From positions 527,989-591,988 of the forward strand of contig LBRL01000001.1 of the NCBI GenBank assembly GCA_000991405.1: a stretch of DNA of 64,000 nucleotides, given 5' to 3'. A program made the translations under genes and the position numbers. The stretch comes from Candidatus Nomurabacteria bacterium GW2011_GWD2_36_14 (GTDB lineage Bacteria > Patescibacteriota > Minisyncoccia > Phycocordibacterales > UBA9973). This document shows positions 24,752-34,727 of the stretch, in pieces; position 1 is the first letter of the stretch; each line of letters opens with the position of its first letter. A model generated the notes under the pieces. That model saw only the letters and a list, made by a program, of their open reading frames with translations. It made no database searches and was not told the origin of the DNA.

Positions 24752-25924
24752 CTATAACCCATTGCTATTTTTAGGTAAATTGCGATATGGATTTGACTTA
24801 CCACCTCGGTATCCTATGTGTACATGGTTACCTGTGGATCTACCTGTCGAACCGACATACCCTATGACGTCTCCCTTCTTCACCACTTCTCCGGCACTTG
24901 CTGCCACTTTACTCATATGACCGAAGATAGCTTGTGCTCCATCATCAAAGTCCACAACTACGTAGAGTCCATATCCTCCATTATAACCAGAACCGTCAGC
25001 AATGAGAACCTTACCATCCTGAATAGCATATATAGGAGTACCCTTTGGAGCAGCAAAGTCGTAAGCATTATCATCGTGAAGCTTCTGTGACACTCTACCG
25101 ACACCCTTGGGGAATGGCCAAATATAATCACCGGTAATGCCATTACCGCTAGATATTTGTTCTGGGCTGGCTTGAGATTTCTCTGTCTTCTCTTCTGTTC
25201 CTATTGATACCTTTACCTCTGTTTGATCCTTCTCTTCTTTGACAATAGGGCGAGGGGTCTCTACCTTCTTCACGACAGTACCACCTGGAACTATGATCTT
25301 GTCGCCAATCTTTAAATTCTTGTCTGTAATATCGTTGTATTCAGAGATATCTTTAGCATCTGCTTTATAAGCTTTAGCAATTGAGGATATAGTATCGCCC
25401 TTTTTAACGGTATAAGGCACGCCATCTACAGGAAGAATTGTGAGTATTTGCCCTACTTTTAAAGCGTTATTTTTAATATCTGTATTGGCATAAAGGATAG
25501 TATTCTTGGATATACCGAATTTACTTGCTACTCCCCCTATGGTGTCTCCCTTCACAACTGTATACGTAGTAATCTTATCAGACGAAGATATGTATGAGTT
25601 AATTTCTCCATCTGTCCCTTGTAAATCATCTGGAACAAGAGCTCCATCTTCAGTCATAGGGACAGTACTGCCCGCCTTCATACTTTTCATATCTGGATTG
25701 ATAGAGGTCTCTAAAAGAGGAACATTTTGAGAATTTGGAACGAAGTCCTTGCTGTTGTTATTTGTCTCTTCTATCGCCTGAGCCTTTGACCCAACTACAC
25801 TTGCCATAAGATCACTAAAAAAGCCAGCATTGGCCACTGTAGGCACGCTAGCTATAAGAGGAATTATGAGGGCTAAAGTATAAGCCTTAATAGTATAAGA
25901 CTTGAGAAACAACGATATTTTCAT
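24752..25924 (-). CDS. LysM x2 plus M23 peptidase
   Basis: YTVVKGDTI and YTVKKGDTI LysM repeats; H..xxD and STGNHVH M23 motifs; start uncertain. Confidence 0.92.
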   Translation of the reverse strand: MKISLFLKSYTIKAYTLALIIPLIASVPTVANAGFFSDLMASVVGSKAQAIEETNNNSKDFVPNSQNVPLLETSINPDMKSMKAGSTVPMTEDGALVPDDLQGTDGEINSYISSSDKITTYTVVKGDTIGGVASKFGISKNTILYANTDIKNNALKVGQILTILPVDGVPYTVKKGDTISSIAKAYKADAKDISEYNDITDKNLKIGDKIIVPGGTVVKKVETPRPIVKEEKDQTEVKVSIGTEEKTEKSQASPEQISSGNGITGDYIWPFPKGVGRVSQKLHDDNAYDFAAPKGTPIYAIQDGKVLIADGSGYNGGYGLYVVVDFDDGAQAIFGHMSKVAASAGEVVKKGDVIGYVGSTGRSTGNHVHIGYRGGKSNPYRNLPKNSNGL

Positions 25925-26166
25925 CTTTTGACTAGTTTGCGGAGGCAAGTCATCAATAGAATCTTTTGAGTTTTGTTTTAATTGCATAATTAGGTGGGAC
26001 ACTCGGTATGGCCTTATAAATAAAGCATTTCTTCTGTTTCAGGACATAGAGTAAAGTCGATATAAACTCTATACATATAAGGGTAACCCATGTGGGGTAG
26101 ATAGTCAACCTGTTTATACACAGAGATATACAGGGACACAAAGACCCGAATTAGCAAGCATGATGA

Positions 26167-26195
26167 TTGACATATCCGTCTTATTATGATATAAT
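26167..26195 (+). promoter_or_regulatory. Consensus sigma70 promoter
   Basis: TTGACA-17-TATAAT exact match. Confidence 0.8.
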
Positions 26196-26322
26196 ACACG
26201 CAAATGAACGTGAGCAATCCAAGTGCTAAGTATTAATCCAACAATCGACCCTACGGGAGCCGATAAGGAGTTAATCAAGCAACGACAGACCTCGCAATCA
26301 TAAAAATTGAAAATTAAATATT

Positions 26323-27387
26323 ATGAAGCACGTTTTTTTAATGATCGTTTTGACGATTAGTTTCGCCAGCTGTTTTGGTTCAGTAAGAATTAAACCTTAT
26401 GCTCCAGACCCATATTCATGGGAAGAACACCAGGCCGCCAACCTTTGGAAAAGAAGCGAACCCCTCAACCGGGAACTTCTGAAATGGAACAAGGGTTACA
26501 TTTACCCTGGGGATTGGCTTTTACTGGCCTACCCACAAAAGGGTGATAGCCTTTGGGCGCCTGTCCAGCAAGGAGATTATCCCCTGAAAGTTTCAAAAAG
26601 AGTTGTTGTAGAACAACCCCAAAGAGAAAACTATTCAGATGACGATAGTGCCATCTGGACAAATGATGTTAAACCATCGGTCCTTGCCAAATTGTGGCAG
26701 GATTTGAGGCAAGAACTAAAAAAAATGCCTTGGTATTTTTGGATTTTGATCTGGTTTTTGGGTGGAGGTTTGATATACATCATCATTTCTGAAAAGATGA
26801 GAAATTCTGACCCTGTAACTGCCGGACCTCCACAAATTCCTGGAGGAGTTAGAGATGAAGACATTGAAGCAGTCGTTTTGAGCCGCCACCCAGGAGCTCA
26901 AATACTGTCTAAGACAAAAGGTAGACTTTTTGGGAAGGGAACCCCGCACTACAACTTCAGGAGAATTTCTTTAAGAGCTTTTCTTAACAGAATCTTCCGT
27001 AAGACTTTCAATGGAACAGTGGGATACCAGATGGATATTCTTACTCCAACAGGACAAAGAATGCTGGTACAAACTCTTATGGGTTGCGGGAATGAAATTA
27101 GGATGAATGGAAAATTCATGACAGGATTAACTTTTATTCCTGACACAGAACAACCGGAAGCTTTCAGGTCAGTCCCAGAAAAAAAGGTGATAAATCTTTC
27201 CCCAAAAAATGAACTGACCCTAGCAATGAACGAGCAATCGGCGCTGGTTACCAGGTTTATGAAAAGCGAACTGCCCTTTAAAATCACAACAACAGTTGTG
27301 ACCTCAGAAGGTGGTAGCGTCACAACTGTGATTGAGGCGAACCGAAATCAACAAAAAAACGAATCTTCTCAGGAAAAGAAGAATTAA
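26323..27387 (+). CDS. Exported/membrane hypothetical protein
   Basis: Signal peptide, internal TM helix, CGNE motif; terminator at 27418-27453. Confidence 0.75.
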   Translation: MKHVFLMIVLTISFASCFGSVRIKPYAPDPYSWEEHQAANLWKRSEPLNRELLKWNKGYIYPGDWLLLAYPQKGDSLWAPVQQGDYPLKVSKRVVVEQPQRENYSDDDSAIWTNDVKPSVLAKLWQDLRQELKKMPWYFWILIWFLGGGLIYIIISEKMRNSDPVTAGPPQIPGGVRDEDIEAVVLSRHPGAQILSKTKGRLFGKGTPHYNFRRISLRAFLNRIFRKTFNGTVGYQMDILTPTGQRMLVQTLMGCGNEIRMNGKFMTGLTFIPDTEQPEAFRSVPEKKVINLSPKNELTLAMNEQSALVTRFMKSELPFKITTTVVTSEGGSVTTVIEANRNQQKNESSQEKKN

Positions 27388-27579
27388 AAAATCTTCAATT
27401 TCTAAAACTTTAATCGAAAGATGCCGTTACAACTTGTTTGTAACGGCTCTTTTTAATTATATTTTGAAACTGAACATACTAGCATAGGTATTGACAGATA
27501 GTATTGACTTATTGCATAATAAAAAGACAGGAAACTTAAAGTCTGGTAGAATATTAATATTAATAAAAAAGTGAATATT

Positions 27580-30318
27580 ATGGACAATTTTTTTGCAAAA
27601 CATAACACTAATGAAGAAAACCCCTCAGCCAAAAATGGTGGCCAAACAGTGAACCCAACAGAAGAAAACAATCCTATTGAAAAAGAATTACCATTGGGAT
27701 TAGAAACAGAAGTTTCCGCCCCTTTATCCAAAAAGATAGATGAATATGACGAAAAGCTAAAAACAGCACGAAAACACAATCCATCTAGAAGGAAATTAAA
27801 GTCCATACTCAATAACCTGAAATCTATTCAAAAATTAGCAATTTTTGGATTTGAATCTGGTCAAAAGGAAGTAAAAGATAGTCCAGAAAATATAAAAGCA
27901 GAGCTGTTAGAAAAAATAGCTAATTTATCTGAGGCAGAAGATTTGAAGGAACTTTCTGAAATTCTGAAAAAGAAGCTGGGGATAAATGAACTAGAAAAAA
28001 TAGATCAAGAAGATAAAAAATTATCAAATAACAACGATACAATATTATTAAATGTTTCAACGTCAAAAAATATGGAAGATAAAAAAATAAGAGCTACAGA
28101 AAAAACAAAAGCAACCAATGCCGAGAACAAAAAGTCTAAAATTTTAACATCTATTGAATCGGCTAGAGAGGAATTGATTGAAAAATTATACGACACTTCT
28201 TTACTTAATTATAAAAAAATTAACTCAATAAAGAATGTATTATGGCAACTAGAAAAAGTTAGGGATGAATTAATTGAGAATAATCTATCAAACATAACTT
28301 CAATTAATATAGACGAATTGCCAGATGATATTAATAAACAAGATATATCAAATATTAATAATCTACTTGTCGGACGTAAGACAAAAACAGAGAATAAAAC
28401 TACAAATAAGATATTGGTTGATTCTGCAAGGGAAGAAGTTTTGAGTGCATTTCCTTCTGTTGAAACACCAGCTACAGTAGAAGAAACTCCAACTGCGACA
28501 AATAAAATTAAATCTTTCGGTAGTATAACAGGGGGTCGCCCTGTATTCTATACAGAAGAGGAATTAAAAGAATTAAATGAAAAAAATACAGAAACATCAC
28601 AGGGGACTATACCTAAAAAGGAAAGTTGGTGGGGGAAAATAGGGCATAAAACTTTCGAGTTCTTTACAAAGAAGCCTACAGTAAATCCAGAAAACCCAAT
28701 TAACTTCATGGCTCCAACTGGAAGCCTTCCTGCTTCTCCTGACCAAAAGATAAATACACCTCCAGAAAAGAAGAAAGTTGCCACAGAAATAGAGGAAGAG
28801 AAAGAAACTGAAAACCCAATTAACTTCATGGCTCCAACTGGAAGTCAGCCATTCTTTCCTAGTGAGAAAGAAGGAATAACCTTGCCACCAGAAAATAAGA
28901 ATACTTCGAAAGTAAATGAGGGAACTGAAAACCCAATTAATTTTCTGGCTCCAACTGGAAGTCATCCATTCTTTTATAATGATCAAGAGGGAATAACTTT
29001 ACCACCAGAAAATAAAGGTAGTGAAAATGAAGCGGGTAATAAAGAAACTGAAAACCCAATTAACTTCATGGCTCCAACTGGAAGTCAGCCGTTTCTATAC
29101 AACAAAGAAGCACCCGTCCAAACTGATGAAACTGAAACAATAAAAGACCAAAAAATACCTTGGAGTGCTAAATCCATAATGTCTAGCTTATACAAAGGTA
29201 TTGATAGTATTCCAGTAGTAAATAGGCTTGTTGCAAAAACAGGTATTGCTTATAATCAATTTTTTATAGATAGGAAAGAAGAAAAATCTGTAAATCTTAA
29301 AGACAAAATGGATACTTTAGATTTAGACCTAAAAAATCTAAGTGGAGCAAAATCAAAGATACAAACTGTTATAGGAAATCTAAAAGATCATGGTGAAGTT
29401 GGATATAACTCATTCCTATTAGAAATAAAAAGAATTGAAGAGCAAGAAAGGAAAATTGCAAACAAGAAAGATACACTTCAGACTAGGATTGAGACAAGGG
29501 AAAATTCAATAAAACTTTATGTAAACAAAAGAGACTCTATTGCAGATAAGATGATAAATAAATATAATGAGAAACTTTCTCCAATAGAAGAAAATCTCAA
29601 AAATTTAGAAACAGAAAAAGATATATTGGATATTTACAGACTTGGCAAAGAAGCAGAAATAGAAGAGATACAGGAAAAAACAAACTTCTTGATAAAACAA
29701 AAAGAATTAGTAATGGAAAGTCTCTTGTTGCGGGGGATTCCGGCTGAAAGAGCAAATGGCCACAAATCTATGAAAAAATTCAATAAAGAATTATCTTCTA
29801 TGAAGAATACAATATCGGATATAAAACACAATCTTGCAAGGAGAGAAACTGCAATAAATGACAAAATTGAAAAAGCTGATAAAAAAGCAAACCCTTATAG
29901 AGACCGCAGAAATGAATTCATACGTGTCACAAATAGAAAACCTATAAAAATAGAACTAAATGAGAGAGTTAATTTGAATGAAAACACCAACAGAGAAGAA
30001 ATGGTAGTACACACAAGAAAAGACGAAGAGGAAATCGAGTCTAAAGAAAACACATCTTCTAAGATCGATATGGGAAGTGATTATTCAGGATATGAAAATA
30101 ATCCTAAAATGTTTGAAGCAATTACAGAATTCAATAAGTATGTGAAATCAATAAGCTCTGATACTTCGTTATTAATAGATGAAGAAAAAATATTTAAGAT
30201 AATAAATCAAGAAACGAGAGTTACTACAAATAAATTAAAAGAAATTATCTTGGCTTACTACAAATTTACAAAGGTCCCAGAAAGTAAGTATAAAAACTTA
30301 GTAGATAATATTAAATAA
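27580..30318 (+). CDS. Large coiled-coil protein with four ENPINF(M/L)APTGS repeats
   Basis: ~910-aa ORF; in-frame repeats at 28690, 28810, 28927, 29050. Confidence 0.8.
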   Translation: MDNFFAKHNTNEENPSAKNGGQTVNPTEENNPIEKELPLGLETEVSAPLSKKIDEYDEKLKTARKHNPSRRKLKSILNNLKSIQKLAIFGFESGQKEVKDSPENIKAELLEKIANLSEAEDLKELSEILKKKLGINELEKIDQEDKKLSNNNDTILLNVSTSKNMEDKKIRATEKTKATNAENKKSKILTSIESAREELIEKLYDTSLLNYKKINSIKNVLWQLEKVRDELIENNLSNITSINIDELPDDINKQDISNINNLLVGRKTKTENKTTNKILVDSAREEVLSAFPSVETPATVEETPTATNKIKSFGSITGGRPVFYTEEELKELNEKNTETSQGTIPKKESWWGKIGHKTFEFFTKKPTVNPENPINFMAPTGSLPASPDQKINTPPEKKKVATEIEEEKETENPINFMAPTGSQPFFPSEKEGITLPPENKNTSKVNEGTENPINFLAPTGSHPFFYNDQEGITLPPENKGSENEAGNKETENPINFMAPTGSQPFLYNKEAPVQTDETETIKDQKIPWSAKSIMSSLYKGIDSIPVVNRLVAKTGIAYNQFFIDRKEEKSVNLKDKMDTLDLDLKNLSGAKSKIQTVIGNLKDHGEVGYNSFLLEIKRIEEQERKIANKKDTLQTRIETRENSIKLYVNKRDSIADKMINKYNEKLSPIEENLKNLETEKDILDIYRLGKEAEIEEIQEKTNFLIKQKELVMESLLLRGIPAERANGHKSMKKFNKELSSMKNTISDIKHNLARRETAINDKIEKADKKANPYRDRRNEFIRVTNRKPIKIELNERVNLNENTNREEMVVHTRKDEEEIESKENTSSKIDMGSDYSGYENNPKMFEAITEFNKYVKSISSDTSLLIDEEKIFKIINQETRVTTNKLKEIILAYYKFTKVPESKYKNLVDNIK

Positions 30319-30325
30319 TTATTTT

Positions 30326-30607
30326 ATGACAACAAATAAAAATGACGATGAGATAATAGAAGAGGAGATGAAAGATTTACTTGAGAAGTTAGATCAGACT
30401 GGGAGTGATGTCCAGAATCTATCGAGGGAAACATCTAAGGGTTTTGATGAAATTGAAAATAGAGTTGATCAGAATGTAAAAGAAATTGATGCAGGTTTAT
30501 CTGATCTAGATAAGTCAGAAAAGGAAACAGAAGAGGAAATGGAAAAACTTGTATTAGAACGGGCAAAAGAAGTAGAAAAGGAAGAGGCAGAGGATAAAGA
30601 AGAATAA
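30326..30607 (+). CDS. Small acidic coiled-coil protein
   Basis: 93-aa E/D-rich ORF in operon-like position. Confidence 0.7.
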   Translation: MTTNKNDDEIIEEEMKDLLEKLDQTGSDVQNLSRETSKGFDEIENRVDQNVKEIDAGLSDLDKSEKETEEEMEKLVLERAKEVEKEEAEDKEE

Positions 30608-30625
30608 AAATGTTACAATGAATGA

Positions 30626-32563
30626 ATGCAATATATTGATTCATTAAATGACAAGCAAAAAGAGGCAGTCCTGTATACGGATGGGCCTCTTTTGATAGTG
30701 GCGGGGGCGGGGGCGGGGAGGACGAAAACTATAACTCACAGGATAATACACGTGATACATGAGGGGGTGAATCCTTCTTCGATATTGGCAGTCACTTTCA
30801 CGAACAAAGCGGCAAAAGAAATGCGGGATAGAGTCATGACACTACTAGAAGATAAAGTTCATGGGGTTAGTCAGCCATTTAACCATGCAGGGGTACCATT
30901 CGTATCTACCTTTCACTCTCTAGGAGTCCACATTATAAAAGAGAATGCCCACCTAATAGGATTGACGAAGCATTTCGCAATTATCGACGAGAGTGATGCT
31001 GTATCTATTATTAAAGATGTGATGAAAGAGCACGATATAGATCCAAAGCAACATGAACCAAGGAAGATTAAAAGTATAATATCGAAAGCAAAAGGCGACT
31101 TCGTAACTCTCGAAAGCTACAGGGCCAACGTCAAAAGTAGTATTCAAAGCATTGTTGCTTTAATCTGGGGAGGATATGAAGCGAGACTTAAAAAGGAAAA
31201 GGGTCTAGACTTCGATGATCTACTTTTGGAATCCGTTTTGATTTTGAGAAAGTTTCCAGAGGTTAAAAATAAATATCAAGAAAGATGGCAGTACGTGCAC
31301 ATAGACGAGTACCAAGATACCAACGAAGTTCAATACGAGATGACAAAGCTTCTGGTCGGGAAAGAAGAAAATATTTGTGTAGTAGGGGATACAGATCAAA
31401 ATATTTATAGTTGGAGAGGAGCCAATATAAAGAACATGCTTCACTTTGAGAAAGATTATCCGAACGCAAAGATAGTCATGCTTGAGCAGAATTATCGTTC
31501 AACGGGGAAAATAATTGAAGCAGCAAATAATGTGATAGAGAAGAATCAATACCGAGTACCTAAAACTTTATTTACTAAAAATGTGGATGGCGAGCAGATA
31601 GTGGTCTGCGAAGCATACGACGAAGTCAGCGAAGCAGACTTCGTTGCTAGAGAGATAGATGAACTCCTAAAGAAAAATAAACCTGAGGATATAGCTATAC
31701 TTTATAGGGCGAATTTTCAATCGCGTGTGCTAGAAGAAGCTCTTCTTTCTAGACAAATACCCTACCAAGTACTGGGGGTGAAATTCTTTGAAAGAAAAGA
31801 AATCAAAGACATTCTCTCTTATGTTAAAGCCAGTTTAAATAAAGAAAGCCTAAGTGATATCAAAAGAATTATAAATACACCAGCGAGGGGGATAGGGAAA
31901 GTAACACTAACGAAAATATTTGCAGGACTCTCTGCAGAACTTCCAGCTGGAATGCAAATTAAAATAAATAAATTCTATGCATTACTCGAAGATATTCACG
32001 AGTATATAGATACACACAAGCCATCGGAAATAGTAAAATACATAATTGAGAAAAGTGGATTAGAAGAGGAACTTTCGCATGGCACAAATGAAGAAATGGA
32101 GAGGCTTGAAAACATGAAAGAGCTGGTGACACTCGCAATAAAATATGATGCACAAGACGATGGAATAGAGAAACTACTTGAAGATGCATCGCTCTCTAGC
32201 GACCAAGATAGTCTGATACCAAGCGAGAAAAATAAAAAGAACGGAGTGAGACTTATGACTGTGCATGCATCGAAAGGACTTGAGTTCAAATACGTGTTCG
32301 TGACAGGATTGGAGCAAGATCTCTTTCCACATGCTCGTACTGGTACTGGTACAAAAGAAGATAAAGAGGAAGAGCGCCGTCTCTTCTATGTGGCTCTCAC
32401 TCGTGCCGAGAAAAAATTGTATTTAACTTATGCATCACTTCGTACAATCTTCGGTATGAAGCAAGTAAACACTCCAAGTGAATTCATTTACGACATCCCC
32501 GCACACCTTACAGACTTCACACAAAGTTACTCGAGGGGAGGGGAGAAAATTGTTTATCTTTAA
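30626..32563 (+). CDS. pcrA: UvrD/PcrA superfamily 1 helicase
   Basis: AVTFTNKAA, TFHS, IDEYQDTN, VGDTDQNIY, LEQNYRS, MTVHASKGLEF, EERRLFYVALTRA; Walker A reads GAGAGRT. Confidence 0.95.
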   Translation: MQYIDSLNDKQKEAVLYTDGPLLIVAGAGAGRTKTITHRIIHVIHEGVNPSSILAVTFTNKAAKEMRDRVMTLLEDKVHGVSQPFNHAGVPFVSTFHSLGVHIIKENAHLIGLTKHFAIIDESDAVSIIKDVMKEHDIDPKQHEPRKIKSIISKAKGDFVTLESYRANVKSSIQSIVALIWGGYEARLKKEKGLDFDDLLLESVLILRKFPEVKNKYQERWQYVHIDEYQDTNEVQYEMTKLLVGKEENICVVGDTDQNIYSWRGANIKNMLHFEKDYPNAKIVMLEQNYRSTGKIIEAANNVIEKNQYRVPKTLFTKNVDGEQIVVCEAYDEVSEADFVAREIDELLKKNKPEDIAILYRANFQSRVLEEALLSRQIPYQVLGVKFFERKEIKDILSYVKASLNKESLSDIKRIINTPARGIGKVTLTKIFAGLSAELPAGMQIKINKFYALLEDIHEYIDTHKPSEIVKYIIEKSGLEEELSHGTNEEMERLENMKELVTLAIKYDAQDDGIEKLLEDASLSSDQDSLIPSEKNKKNGVRLMTVHASKGLEFKYVFVTGLEQDLFPHARTGTGTKEDKEEERRLFYVALTRAEKKLYLTYASLRTIFGMKQVNTPSEFIYDIPAHLTDFTQSYSRGGEKIVYL

Positions 32564-32570
32564 AATAAAA

Positions 32571-32695
32571 AAAACATTACGCAAAAATTATTCTCGGACT
32601 CACCACACAATAAAATTCTGCTGAATTTTTTGCTCGCACTCGGTCCGTCGACCTGCGTGAGGGTTCGCTCGAGAACATTTTTTACTACATGTTTT
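32571..32695 (-). repeat. Structured repeat, family B copy 2
   Basis: Reverse complement matches 12307-12425. Confidence 0.88.
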
Positions 32696-32698
32696 TAG

Positions 32699-32817
32699 AA
32701 AACGTAAACAAATAGTCTTATCAGAGGGGCCGGCGGAGGTCGACGGACCGAGCAATGAGCAAATTTCTAGCAAGAAATTATGCGGACCCTCTGAGAAGAG
32801 CTATTTGTTGGAGTTTT
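32699..32817 (+). repeat. Structured repeat, family A copy 3
   Basis: Conserved family A core; back-to-back with family B copy 2. Confidence 0.9.
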
Positions 32818-32837
32818 TAGTATACTAATACAATAAT

Positions 32838-33776
32838 ATGATTCACAAAGCGAAAAAATCTTTAGGTCTAAATAAATTTTCAGTAGAAAATTTATCGCCC
32901 GATTTTTCTTCCCATAGGGCCAAGAAAAATTTAGGGCAGAATTTCTTGAAGTCTAAAGAGGCACTTTTCAAGATGTGTGAGGCTGGGGGAGTGAGTGATA
33001 AGGACGTGATAGTGGAAATAGGCCCCGGGAAGGGAGCCCTGACTGAGAAACTACTAGAAAAGGCTTATAAAGTAATAGCTATAGAGAAAGACCGTGATTT
33101 AATCGATATTTTAAAGGATAAGTTCGCAAATGAGATAAAAAATGGCCCTAATTTGTCCAACAAGACAAACGGGCAATGTAAATTAACCCTTTTAAATGAA
33201 GATATATTGGGCTTTGACCCTGCAAAACATGGACTAAAAGAAGGTGGATACAAAATAATTGCCAATATCCCTTATAATATAACGGGCTCTATTATAAGAA
33301 GATTCCTATCTGAAGTAAATAAGCCTATAACTATGACCCTTTTGGTACAAAAGGAGGTGGCTGAACGAATTGTAGCTAGAGATGGCAAAGAAAGCATCCT
33401 TTCCTTGAGTGTGAAAGCGTATGGAATGCCTTCATATATAATGAAAGTTCATAAGAGATTCTTCTCCCCCTCGCCCAAGGTGGACTCAGCGATAGTCTCT
33501 ATAAATGATATTTCCGGCAAACTTTTCAAAGACAAATCGACAGAAGAGTCATTCTTCACTCTCATAAAGGCAGGATTTGCTCATAAAAGAAAAGTCCTCA
33601 GGAAAAATTTAGAAGACATTAACATTAAGGAAGTCGAACCCTCCTCTTCGGCAGGTAAACTTCCTAAGATAGATGAAATATTTAAAAAATTAGGAATAAA
33701 TCCCAAAGCTAGAGCAGAAGACGTGCCGTTCTCAAAATGGGTAGAAATGAATGACTATTTTAGAGAATTAATCTAA
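32838..33776 (+). CDS. rsmA: 16S rRNA adenine dimethyltransferase KsgA
   Basis: LGQNFL, VEIGPGKGALT, ANIPYNIT, QKEVAER, PSPKVDS motifs. Confidence 0.96.
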   Translation: MIHKAKKSLGLNKFSVENLSPDFSSHRAKKNLGQNFLKSKEALFKMCEAGGVSDKDVIVEIGPGKGALTEKLLEKAYKVIAIEKDRDLIDILKDKFANEIKNGPNLSNKTNGQCKLTLLNEDILGFDPAKHGLKEGGYKIIANIPYNITGSIIRRFLSEVNKPITMTLLVQKEVAERIVARDGKESILSLSVKAYGMPSYIMKVHKRFFSPSPKVDSAIVSINDISGKLFKDKSTEESFFTLIKAGFAHKRKVLRKNLEDINIKEVEPSSSAGKLPKIDEIFKKLGINPKARAEDVPFSKWVEMNDYFRELI

Positions 33777-33822
33777 AATAATCTAGGATATTTTGTATTT
33801 AAATAGTATAATAAAAGTGTAA

Positions 33823-34692
33823 ATGGATAGTAAATATTTACCAAGTAGAATTTTCGTGATTCGTATAGTAGTTATTCTCTTAATAATAGGAGTTGTTTTC
33901 GGTGTGATTAAAATAGTGAAATATTTTAAGAATAAACCAAATAGCAAAACTCCTGTGAAAGTCTTAGTAAAAGATATTGTTCAAAAAGACAGTAATAGTA
34001 ATGGCATTGCCGACTGGGAAGAGTACCTTTGGGGACTTAACCCAAGTAAAAATGGCCCAGAGAATAAGGAGTTTATTATGGCTAAAAGGAAAACACTAGC
34101 CGAAAATAACAACACTTTATCTCCTCAAAATAATGAGGCAAAAGAAAATGAACAGTTGTCTAAGGAACTTTTCTCTGTAGTTATGTCCCTCATGCAGTCA
34201 GGAAATCTATCTGAAGAATCTATTTCTGAAGTTTCGAAAACTATAGGCTCAAAAATTGAAGTGGAGCAAATACCAGACATATACACAAAAAATATGTTAA
34301 TAATAAACAATAAAGAAGATGGAGATATTGCCTATTTCCAAGCATTTAAAGACTTAAATGAAAAGTATAAAGATGCCGACTTGGGGGGAGAGCTGACTAT
34401 AATTGCCCAAGGAATAGAAAAAAATGATCCACAAGCCTTATACATAGCAACAACCATTGCTTCATCTTATAGATCTTTTGGAAAAGAGTTAATTAAAATT
34501 CCTGTACCAGAATATCTATCAGAAGGAAACTTAAATTTGGCTAACGATTACGAAAAAGTGTCCCAATCCTTGGAAGGGATGCTAAAGATTCTAGATAATC
34601 CACTGATAGGGATGAGGGCTCTCCTTAGTTATAAAAAGTATACAGACAAGATAATGACAGATCTTGAAAATATTTCTAGCAATTTAGATTAA
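33823..34692 (+). CDS. Membrane-anchored protein with TSP3-like Ca-binding motif
   Basis: N-terminal TM helix; DSNSNGIADWEE. Confidence 0.75.
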   Translation: MDSKYLPSRIFVIRIVVILLIIGVVFGVIKIVKYFKNKPNSKTPVKVLVKDIVQKDSNSNGIADWEEYLWGLNPSKNGPENKEFIMAKRKTLAENNNTLSPQNNEAKENEQLSKELFSVVMSLMQSGNLSEESISEVSKTIGSKIEVEQIPDIYTKNMLIINNKEDGDIAYFQAFKDLNEKYKDADLGGELTIIAQGIEKNDPQALYIATTIASSYRSFGKELIKIPVPEYLSEGNLNLANDYEKVSQSLEGMLKILDNPLIGMRALLSYKKYTDKIMTDLENISSNLD

Positions 34693-34727
34693 ACATTGTT
34701 ATACTATAAAGAGTAATTATTATATCC

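Noticed and set aside
25925-26110. Possible riboswitch upstream of the LysM/M23 gene
   Set aside because: Small hairpins exist on the minus strand, but I could not match c-di-AMP, c-di-GMP or other consensus motifs
28690-29084. Four ~35-bp direct repeats resembling a CRISPR array
   Set aside because: Periods of 120/117/123 bp are multiples of 3 inside an ORF, the spacers are ~85 bp and partly similar, one copy has codon-type changes, and no cas genes are present
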